From: Asterias rubens
Taxonomy: Eukaryota
Reading direction: 5' to 3'
Length of the DNA stretch: 64,000 bases
NCBI RefSeq assembly: GCF_902459465.1
Contig: NC_047071.1
Coordinates: forward strand, 7,626,001-7,690,000
Shown: positions 1 to 9,335 of the stretch, one piece after another
How the letters are laid out: every line of letters begins with the position of its first letter
Position numbering within the stretch: position 1 is the first letter of the stretch
The notes under the pieces: generated by a model
Seen by the model: the letters and a program-made list of their open reading frames with translations, nothing else
Databases searched by the model: none
Told to the model about the DNA's origin: nothing
Translations under genes and position numbers: made by a program

Positions 1-1017
1 CTTGACAATCCGCAACACGTCGGATTTGGCCTACATGTATAGTTTGGTCTTTTTACAAAACTTAGCGAATGAAAGTATACGCATTTTGAAAGCTTGTTTA
101 ATGTGACCACGGAAAATCTGTTATAGAAAATCCTTGAACTTCAAATAACTTATATAACCAAATATGACACCTTTATTAATGAAGTCGCTCACACGAGTTC
201 AGTTTGCAAAGCCATTCCCAACAGACCAGGAAAACGTGTTTTAGGCAGCCACACAATGAATAACCAGACATAATCTACACTTTGGAATTTACTGATCAAA
301 ATGTCAAGTTGAAACCAACGCTTCTTTTCAGAACCATCCCAACTCATTTAGAGATAGTCATTACATGATGTTTCCGCAAACCTTTCCATATCGTATTTCC
401 ACCATGCAAAGTTTCAAATCCTAAATTCTAATTTGATATTGTTCGTTTAATACAGAAGTCCGTGTGTCACGGAAATGTCACTGTTCATAATGAATATGGG
501 GAACTGATGCTGTGCGTAAGACTAACCGTCCAAGTGAATGACGTCTAAATCACCAACAAGTCTCAGGCGAGAAGAACTACAGAACTTTCATATCATACAG
601 ATTGTCATCAAGACAGCTTTAGCTAGAAGGCTAGAATGAGAGCAAAATGAGAGATAAATTCACTTCATCATTGCACCCTTGCCCACCCCCCCCCCCAAAG
701 CTGGTGTGTTACAAATTGTTAAAGACACTTGACACTATTGGTAATTGTCAAAGACCAGTCTTACCACTTGGTGTATCTTAACAATACGCATACAATAACA
801 AACCTGTAAATATTTGCGCTCAATTGGTCGTCAAAAATGCGAGATATGAATGAAATAAACAACACCCTTCTCACACGAAGTTGTGTGCTTTCAGTTGCTT
901 GATTTCGAGGCCTCAAAATCTAATTCTGAGGTCTCGAAGCCAAATTCGTGAAAAATTACTTCAGAGGGAGCCGTTTCCCACAATGCTGTATATCAAAAGC
1001 TCTCCATTACTCGTTAC
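1..1017 (+). repeat. Copy 1 of a local tandem duplication (matches 7015-8097): last intron, last exon, 3' flank and MITE of an ML-domain gene
   Basis: Base 1 CTTGACAATCCGCAACACGTCGG recurs at 7015. Colinear high identity to about 1017/8097, with 36-nt and 51-nt segments missing in this copy. Confidence 0.95.
456..548 (+). CDS. Terminal exon of upstream ML-domain paralogue A (KSVCHGNVTVHNEYGELMLCVRLTVQVNDV*)
   Basis: Acceptor ttgttcgtttaatacAG at 454-455, open phase-0 frame to TAA 546-548. Four substitutions versus exon 7553-7645. Earlier exons lie outside the window. Confidence 0.7.
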   Translation, partial: KSVCHGNVTVHNEYGELMLCVRLTVQVNDV

Positions 1018-1127
1018 GACCGATTGAGCTCAAATTTTCACAGGTTTGTTATTTTATGCATATGTTGAGATACACTAAGTGAGAAGACTGGTCTTTGGCA
1101 ATTACTAATAGTGTCCAGTGTCTTTAA
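719..1127. mobile_element. Chimeric Kolobok/T2-like MITE (family A) with two left ends facing inward
   Basis: TTAA-AGACACTTGACACTATTGGTAATTG at 719 runs + to about 1017, then switches to the reverse complement of a left end finishing GTGTCCAGTGTCT-TTAA at 1127. Confidence 0.8.
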
Positions 1128-1194
1128 GGTACCCTTTTCGACTTCCCAACTAGCTGGAAAAATTGTTGGGATGGCGTCATGTTTTAGAAAAAAA

Positions 1195-1418
1195 CATTTG
1201 AAGTAAACGTAGTTTTTGAGTAGGAGGTATATATTATCACTCAACTATTATATAAGAAATGACTTCAGGCCTGAAGCATTTTATAAGGCATTTGATAGCT
1301 CACAATTTCTTTAATTGTTCTTTTACAACTTCGATGACCAATTGAACCCAAATTTTCACAGGCTTGTCTTTTTATGTATGTTGGGAAAAATCAATTTACC
1401 AAACGTATCCATGCTTTA
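1195..1418 (-). mobile_element. Diverged partial family A/C MITE
   Basis: GAAGTAAACGTAGTTTTTGAG and GATGACCAATTGAACCCAAATTTTCACAGG match the family core. Confidence 0.65.
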
Positions 1419-1782
1419 ACAAGTGTGTTTTATAAATGGGAAAACACTTTTCATGTTTTCATGATGAATAAATAAATATAATTTAATTAAAATTAATTTA
1501 ATCTAGTTTAATCTAATCTAATCGCTTGCGTAAGTATAAGAAAATATTCGTGTATGTAAGACAAACTATTCACATATAGAACAACACGTATTGCTATCGT
1601 TAAAGTACTCGTAAATTAATTGGTAATGTAACTTCCTAAAGTTGACAAGAGAGCAAATGATTATGGGCTTTATGTTTATCAAGCGTACGATAGTGAAACC
1701 ACGTATCGTTCGGCAGACAATGCATGATGCACACAGGGAATAATGAAAACAAATTCCCTAAATGTGGTTGCTTATTATTATG

Positions 1783-1809
1783 TTGTGCAATATTAGTGTG
1801 GAAAGTCCC
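1783..1809. promoter_or_regulatory. C/EBP-type site plus canonical NF-kB site in the proximal promoter of the ML-domain gene
   Basis: TTGTGCAAT at 1783-1791. GGAAAGTCCC at 1800-1809 is GGGACTTTCC on the minus strand, about 135 bp before ATG 1944. Confidence 0.6.
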
Positions 1810-1943
1810 ATTGAGAGAGTTTGACATTGAATGAAGCAACAAAAGGTGTTTACTCAAGCTCAGCAACATAAACTATGTTGGCAATACTAATAATACCACA
1901 CACACACGTCGATGAGAAGTTTAATACTTCGCGATAGTTCAAG

Positions 1944-2049
1944 ATGGGGAAAGGATCGACATTTTTGTTTTTCTGCTTTGCCGCTCTGTACGTGGTACCA
2001 AATGGTTCTCATGCTACAAAACAGTTGATACCCAAAATTACAAACTGTG
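1944..2049 (+). CDS. ML-domain gene B exon 1: signal peptide to first Cys (MGKGSTFLFFCFAALYVVPNGSHA-TKQLIPKITNC)
   Basis: aagATGG start context, hydrophobic core followed by small residues (GSHA), phase-1 donor G|GTGAGT at 2050. Confidence 0.8.
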
Positions 2050-2218
2050 GTGAGTTCATAAGTACATTGAATAGGATGTTGGTTTATTTTGTTTATAACA
2101 TAATTTGATTGTACCTTTTGTGCAAATCATGTTGAGGTCCTTCATTGATTTTCGCAATGCTGGTCGTAGTTTTATTGCCGAATACGGTTGTATCTGCTAA
2201 CTAGATAATCTAAGTTAG

Positions 2219-2605
2219 TTTAAAAGCACTGTTAGTAATTACTCAAAATAATTGTTAGCATTAAAACAAACTTACTTGGTTATAACGAGTAATGGAGAGC
2301 TGTTGATAGTATAAAACGTTGTGAGAAATGGCTCCCCCTGAAGTAACGTAGTAATGGAGAGCTGTTGATAGTATAAAACGTTGTGAGAAATGGCTCCCCC
2401 TGAAGTAACGTAGTTTTTCGAGAAAGCAATAATTTTCCAAGAATTGATTTAGAGACCTCAATATCAGATTTTGAGGTCTCGAAATCAAGCATAATGTATG
2501 ATAAGGGTGTTTTTTCCATTTTTCTCTCGCAACTTCAACGACCAAAATTGAGCTCATATTTTCACAGGTTTGTTATTTCATGCATATGTTGAGGTACACC
2601 AAGTG
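2219..2605 (-). mobile_element. Family A MITE, truncated, with an internal tandem duplication of about 55 bp
   Basis: GTAATGGAGAGCTGTTGATAGTATAAAACGTTGTGAGAAATGGCTCCCC-TGAAGTAACGTA occurs twice at about 2290-2412. Lies in ML intron 1. Confidence 0.85.
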
Positions 2606-3141
2606 GAGCCAACAATTATAGCCCGTTTTAGGTATGGCGGACTTAAACAATTATTCAGATTGGGTTTGGGTAAAATGTATCTTTGTATCCTCCCAAACCA
2701 ATAAGGGTACTCGTAAAGTGGCTGCCATACCTCAACAAGGCTCATGGGCGACCCTCTCAACCCATCTCCTAGTGTTTTCTGGGTACTGTGCTGTTGTTGT
2801 TGCTTTTGGGGTGGGGGGGAGCTAAAGAAATCTTCTGAAATGGCTTCATTTTCAGAATTTTTTGTGTATGATCACATTGCTTTTTCGGGGCTAGCATAAC
2901 AATGCAAAGGGAAACATATAAGCAGTCTTGTACCCTTTCACATTATTTGGATTGTAGCCTTTTGTCACAAATCGCAATTACTATCATAACAACACAACCG
3001 CCAGCTTTGCCCACACATAATGCTCTTTACTTTTGTATTCTCATTATTCGGTGGGTCATTTGGCATGCAGGGCACTTTTTTTTAAAAGAAATAACACAAT
3101 TATGGCAAACTCTATATTCACGTGGCTTTTCTCCCTTTTAG

Positions 3142-3228
3142 GCCCAGATTTCGAAGTGTGGTTTGAACCAGACCCAGTGTTGCTTATTAGTGGTTTGATG
3201 GCCAATGGTTCTCTTACCATGAAAGCAG
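3142..3228 (+). CDS. ML-domain gene B exon 2 (GPDFEVWFEPDPVLLISGLMANGSLTMKA)
   Basis: Strong acceptor cttttctcccttttAG. Phase 1-1, 87 nt. Donor is AG|GCAAGT (GC-AG intron). EPDP motif resembles GM2A LEPDPI. Confidence 0.75.
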
Positions 3229-3712
3229 GCAAGTACCTAGTTATTTCCTAATCAATAAATGCATAGCCAAACTTACTTAGTTATTAGGCCTACTATAATA
3301 GTCGGTAATAGAGATCACATCTGCTTGAAGATTGAATCTGCTTCAATTTGATTACACCTCCAAGCTGAAAAGCATGATGTAGGCTTAACAACCAGCTAGC
3401 TGTAAATCAACACCCAAAAACAACAAAAACAACAAAACAAAAACGAAGCCACACACTGTTGAAGCAGTTTAATGATTCAATCCGGATTCTATTCAAACTC
3501 AGTGTTGAACTCAATCTATGAAATCAATATCAAATTCGCATAAATTCAATCACGACTTGAAACGAATAATCGAAGCAGTGTACCAAAACACCATCAGCTT
3601 GTTCTTAATAATATATAATTTTGTATTATTTAAACAAAAACTCAATTCAATTCAATTTTATTTCAATTCACTGTTTTACAAAAGGGCCTCTTACGTGTAG
3701 AGGCATACAAAC

Positions 3713-3838
3713 CAAAGACTATAGAGCGCCGCAAGGCGCAAGATGCGGAACTGAAGCTTTATCTATTGTTGGAACGTGAAATACGCATGGGCGCCATTTC
3801 AGCAAGTGACTGTTTTGTTTCCCATTGATAGGAATGGT

Positions 3839-3874
<36 letters not shown>

Positions 3875-4142
3875 GACTTGTAATGCGCACATATCCACAC
3901 TGCTGGGTGTTCAAGGCGCAGTAAACCAAAAACAAAACAAAAACAAAACACAACACAAAGAAAAACAGACACAACAAAATTAGTCATTGAAAACCTGTGA
4001 CATAAGATAAGTTTTGTCTGCACTGATCTGCACAGGTCTATTGTTGTATCAAAATAGTTACTTGCCGAAATGGCGTCCAGTGGGATTTCACATTCCAGCC
4101 CGAGTTCCGCATATTGCGCCTTGCGGCGCTATATTATCTTTG
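3713..4142. mobile_element. Foldback MITE with about 100-bp imperfect TIRs enclosing a (TAA)n microsatellite
   Basis: CAAAGACTATAGAGCGCCGCAAGGCGCAAGATGCGGAACT is inverted to AGTTCCGCATATTGCGCCTTGCGGCGCTATATTATCTTTG. About 11 TAA units at 3841-3873. Confidence 0.8.
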
Positions 4143-5600
4143 ATACAAACTAACAACCAAGAAATAACTGTAAATAACTTAGGACATAATTCTAGGCAAA
4201 CCCAGATAAGCATGCTTCGTCTGGGTGTTCGTTAAGAAAGGAGATAAACACACTTATTAGTTGTTTCATCAGTCATGTTCAAAGCTTTCAGTTTAAAAGC
4301 AAACTTCAATTACGGCTGCTGACTTGGCAACAGCCTAGTGACCAACACAAGAGGGCGGTATAACAAGGAAGCCTTAAGTTAAGAACAGGATAGTGACACA
4401 AACAGAAACGGGAAGGACAGGAAACAAAAACACGGATACAGACGAGCAGAAAATAAACAAGTCAATAACGAAAACGTAATAATGAAATATGGGTTGAACG
4501 CCTTATATCATGATTCCATAATGGCACCTGGGTAAAGATTACTCTCAGACAATGTCCCATGGAGTGGGCGATGGATTTTGTTGAGGATCTAGTGTAGGGC
4601 TACTGTGATTACATGAACATGTAACAATAGAATTATATAGGATTTGAGTCATTGCATGGTGAGGTATCAATATACATTTTGTTTGCGGTAACACCATGTG
4701 TGTATCTACTTGCCAGGTAGAGTTGTTCTTAGAGAACTGTCTTGCTTTAATCTACTGCCGCGGAGTAGATAATCGGAGGCTCGGGAGACTTCTCAGTTCT
4801 GAAAAGAACTGTCCTGCTTTTAAACTATTACCGGGGCGGATGGTATAGAAAATAGACTGCACTACTACTTTAGCTTAGACGATCGTAACTAACTGTACTG
4901 CCGCGGAGTCAGTTCTGAATTTGTCTCAACGTTTCGACTAGCTTGCTCTAGTCATCGTCAGGACTATAACAACATAATTGAAAGATAGTTTTAGAGTGAT
5001 CCATGTAAGCAAAGAGAGATTTTGAGATCGAACAGATGGATTTCTGTTGAATGCCGATGTATATTTGAAAGTATGTACATACAAATACATGGTTTAATGT
5101 AGAAACGTTCGAATTACAGCAGCCCTGAGGCCTTTGTGTTACAAAATGTAAACAACCATATAAACGATTCAAATTACCAAGTATAGAAAGAACAATCAAG
5201 ATACGTAAAGAAGCCTCAAATTATTTAGCATTAATCTAGTCAAGTCAATTTTTGCTTGTGGTCGTTAACTTAATACAATTTTTAAGTTTATGTTAGAGTT
5301 TACTTCCGTGGACTATAATAACCTAAATCCTACCGAAATCGGCTAAAAGAACAAGGAAATGATTTAAAAAAACACCTCTACACTTCAGAAGGTTAACATT
5401 AACCTCAATAAAACTAACAAGAATAACCTGAAACTTAACCTCAGATCAGGAATGCTGTGCCACATGGCCCAATAATAATTTAGTAGCGAATAACATTGTG
5501 TTTTTGTTATGACTATATCCTCATTGTTCTTTTGTTTACATTATAGAGTAATGATCTTTATTGTGTTGATTCTCGTTTTCCTATGGTGATTTTGATACAG

Positions 5601-5726
5601 CTCATAGCATGTTGATGGGAACCATAGAAGCCCATCTTGACATATGGCCATACCATCTCAAATCTATCTACTGCGAAGATGGAACGACTACTATAGACCC
5701 TAAAGGATGTTATATGAAAAAGGGAG
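5601..5726 (+). CDS. ML-domain gene B exon 3 (AHSMLMGTIEAHLDIWPYHLKSIYCEDGTTTIDPKGCYMKKG)
   Basis: Acceptor ttttgatacAG, donor GAG|GTGAGT, phase 1-1, 126 nt, the only open frame. C-x11-C-x3-KG resembles the MD-1/MD-2 loop (C-x9-C-x3-KG). Confidence 0.8.
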
Positions 5727-5860
5727 GTGAGTAAATTACATGTGCACAGTTTTTAATAGACGCCAAGGCAGCAGACAAACTGGGCGGTGAATCTTCCGTT
5801 CTTCAACTTAGCTCGTTTTCCTGTGATGATATGAAATAGTTAGCCAATTCGCATATCGCT

Positions 5861-6252
5861 TTAAAGGCAGTGGACACTATTAGTAATTGCCAAAGACTAG
5901 CCTTCACAGTTGGTGTATGAACATGAACATTGGTGTATGAACATATGCATAACATAAATAATCTGTGAAAATTTGAGCTCAATCGGTCATCAAACTTGCG
6001 AGGTAATAATGAAAGAAGAAAACACCCTTGTCACACAAAGTTGTGTGCGTTTAGATGGTTGATTTCGAGACCTCAAGTTCTAAATCTGAGGTCTCGATAT
6101 TAAATTGGTGGAAAATTACTTCTTTCTCGAAAACTACGTCACTTCAGAGGGAGCCGTTTCTCACAATGTTTTATACCATCAACCTCTCCCCATTACTCGT
6201 CACCAAGAAAGGTTTTATGCTAATAATTATTTTGAGTAATTACCAATAGTGT
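5861..6252 (+). mobile_element. Family A MITE with right TIR clipped and fused to a second element
   Basis: TTAA-AGGCAGTGGACACTATT start, ends TACCAATAGTGTC. Confidence 0.9.
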
Positions 6253-6622
6253 CATTATACACTTTCGGAACAAAAAAAAGAAACAAATCACAGATTTACA
6301 AATAACTTACAGGGTTTACAGAAGGTAATGGTGAAAGACTTCTCTTGAAATATTATCCCATGAAATGCTCTTACTTTTTGAGAAAACATTAAAACAATTA
6401 TCAATTCTCGTTGTCGAGAATTACGGATTTATTTTAAACAGTACAGTCATTACACGGCGAAACGTGCGGAAACAAGGATGGGTTTTCCCGTTATTTTCTC
6501 CTGACTTCAATGACCGATTGAGCCTAAATTTTCACAGGTTTGTTATGTTATATACAAGTTGTGATACACGAAGTGTGGGCCTTTGGACAATACTGTTTAC
6601 CGAAAGTGTCCAATGGCTTTAA
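6253..6622. mobile_element. TTAA-flanked MITE of another family (F; TIR AGCCATTGGACACTTTCGG)
   Basis: Left (C)ATTATACACTTTCGG, right CCGAAAGTGTCCAATGGCT-TTAA. Shares the subterminal GACCGATTGAGC-AAATTTTCACAGGTTTG motif. Confidence 0.75.
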
Positions 6623-6828
6623 CAACGCTAAAAGCTGCTTTGATATTAACAATTGACAATTTGACTATTTCAATTGCTGGACAGGAAATCTTTTGTTAAT
6701 TTTTGTCTACTCATACAGAGATCAGAACACTTCGAAGTCGGCTTGCCCTAGATGAAAGTTTTGCTTCTCTTTTCACGGTAAACATTGTAACTTGTGTTTG
6801 TCAAAATGTGTCAATCTGCATATTTTAG

Positions 6829-6887
6829 CTTTCTTATTTAAGTATAGATGCAACAACAGGGTATTGAACAAGTATGTCGGTTTGGCT
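6829..6887 (+). CDS. ML-domain gene B exon 4 (AFLFKYRCNNRVLNKYVGLA)
   Basis: Acceptor gcatattttAG at 6827-6828, phase 1 in. Phase-0 donor GCT|GTGGGT restores the frame to the last exon. A competing donor G|GTAAAT lies 4 nt downstream. Confidence 0.6.
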
Positions 6888-7014
6888 GTGGGTAAATTTT
6901 TGAACCATACCACCCCATTCTACATTAAAACTGAATGTTAGGCCTGCAAAGTTAACTAATGAGCAGAACACAGCCACAAGGGAGTATAACAACGTGTTGG
7001 TCCTTTCAGATTCC

Positions 7015-8097
7015 CTTGACAATCCGCAACACGTCGGATTTGGCTACATGTATAGTTTGGTCTTTTTACAAAACTTAGCGAATGAAAGTATACGCATTTT
7101 GAAAGCTCCATGCGATTACGTGATGTAGCATTTTCAACAACCTTGTTTAATGTGACCACGGAAAATCTGTTATAGAAAATCCTTGAACTTCAAATAACTT
7201 ATATAACCAAATATGACACCTTAATAAAGTCGCTCACACGAGTTCAGTTTAGTCGAAACGGTTGGGATTTGTTTTTCAACAGTTTAAATGTGACGAAGAC
7301 TGCAAAGCCATTCCCCAATAGACCAGGAAAACGTGTTTTAGGCAGCCACACAATGAATAACCAGACATAATCTACACTTTGGAATTTACTAATCAAAACG
7401 TCGAGTTGAAACCAACGCTTCTTTTCAGAACCACCCCAACTCATTTAGAGATAGTCATTACATGGTGTTACCGCAAACCTTTCCATATCGTATTTCCACC
7501 ATGCAAAGTTTCAAATCCTAAATTCTAATTTGATATTGTTCGTTTAATACAGAAGTCCGTGTTTCACGGAAATGCCACTCTTCATAATGAATATGGGGAA
7601 CTGATGCTGTGCGGAAGACTAACCGTCCAAGTGAATGACGTCTAAATCACCAACAAGTCTCAGGCGAGAAGAACTACAGAACTTTCATATCATACAGATT
7701 GTCATCAAGACAGCTTTAGCTAGAAGGCTAGAATGAGAGCAAAATGAGAGATAAATTCACTTCATCATTGCACCCTTGCCCACCCCCCCCCCAAAACAAT
7801 GGTGTGTTACAAATTGTTAAAGACACTTGACACTATTGGTAATTGTCAAAGACCAGTCTTAACATACGCATACAATAACAAACCTGTAAATATTTGCGCT
7901 CAATTGGTCGTCAAAAATGCGAGATATGGATGAAATAAAAAACACCCTTCTCACACGAAGTTGTGTGCTTTCAGATGCTTGATTTCGAGGCCTCAAAATC
8001 TAATTCTGAGGTCTCGAAGCCAAATTCGTGAAAAATTACTTCAGAGGGAGCCGTTTCCCACAATGCTGTATATCAACAGCTCTCCATTACTTGTTAC
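7015..8097 (+). repeat. Copy 2 of the tandem duplication (matches 1-1017)
   Basis: Direct colinear match including the same MITE at the same site. Confidence 0.95.
7553..7645 (+). CDS. ML-domain gene B terminal exon (KSVFHGNATLHNEYGELMLCGRLTVQVNDV*)
   Basis: Acceptor ttgttcgtttaatacAG. The L-x-NE-x-GE-x-x-x-C-x-x-hydrophobic ending matches ML last strands (MD-1 LELYNENRATVAC). Total CDS 471 nt = 156 aa. Confidence 0.75.
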   Translation, partial: KSVFHGNATLHNEYGELMLCGRLTVQVNDV

Positions 8098-8159
8098 CAA
8101 GTAAGTTTTTATGCTAAAAACTATTGTGAGTAATTACCAATAGTGTCCACTGCCTTTAA
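7817..8159 (+). mobile_element. Family A MITE, both ends present
   Basis: TTAA...GACACTATTGGTAATT and AATTACCAATAGTGTCCACTGCCT-TTAA. Confidence 0.9.
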
Positions 8160-9335
8160 GTGGAAATGCTTAAACAGCTACCTGAGCGGAATGTTTTCAA
8201 CAGAAATTGTATTTTTACTTGTTTATAATGCACTTGTTTACCATTTTAATGTAATTTTGATATGTGTACACTTCTGAACTTTTCGTAATTATCGACTAAA
8301 AAATCAGGCCCCTGTCTAAAGGTTTTTTGGAAAACTAAAAACACTTCTGCCGTTGAGAGCGGGCGTCAAAGGACAATGCCGCTGACGTCATTTGTGGGAG
8401 TTTGCTTTGTTATACATCCACGCTGCAACAAAGCGGCTTTATCTACTTATGACGTTTTGAGAGTGATTACGTAACGGGGCTTTTCGCAAATCTCGCAGAA
8501 AAGCTCTGGACAAGGGCATACAAAAATATTGTTTTTTTACACAATTGAAACCTATTCGTAATCATATGACTAGATTTCCTTATTCATCGAAAACATTTTA
8601 AGTGGAATTCAGCAAAGTGCACGACTTGACATTTTCGTTCAAGCAGGTCTTTTAAAGAGAAGTATTTTCCCCTGAAAATGGGATCTATCCACTAACCCAA
8701 GGGTGACCCAGTAATTGGTTCTAAAAAACTAGACGCGTTTTGATTTTAGATTTTTTACGAATTGGACAAAAATGCAGACATTATAAATCTATTTCTGCAG
8801 GGTCAGAATTGAACCTGATTTCTAGTTCCAGATCCGTTTCAGGCAGGGTCAAGCTGGCCTGGAAAATGGAAAAAGGGATACCAACTCGGATTCCTTGTTA
8901 TTTTGGACAACTTTCTTGGTCATTTTGAGAAAGATTCTGATTGATACGGACACAGGTATAGGTCAAGCCCTACGGGACGTGGATCTGGGTAAATTTGGAC
9001 CATTGTTTTTAGAGTGTATGGAAACAATACGATATTGAATTTGGAACGAAAATTGGAGGGGGGGGGGGGGACACTTGTGTAAATTTTTTCCGATGACAAT
9101 AGTTTTGTAATTGTGTTCAAAGCATTTTCATTTCTATAATCTGTACACGAATGGTAAGCTTTTCCCGTACCGCAACAGGATTTCAGGCAACATGAACTAG
9201 TCTGGAAAAATCGTATCACTTGGTCCCCCCTCCTTAGATGGAACATCTGGTAAATAAACAGCGCAGATAATTTTCAAAAAAAGCTAATCGACGTGCGAGA
9301 AGAAAGGTCAGAGACAAATTCACATTGTAAAAGTT

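Noticed and set aside
2632-2669. Extra ML exon YGGLKQLFRLGL
   Set aside because: It needs phase 2 at its 5' end but exon 1 ends in phase 1. Direct joining gives the expected NCG-xDF motif.
4995-5070. Possible exon in ML intron 2
   Set aside because: Purine-rich acceptors and no phase 1-1 open frame.
6940-7500. Decayed glycoprotein-like reading frames in the duplicated block
   Set aside because: Multiple stops and frameshifts in both copies. Better explained as ML intron 4.
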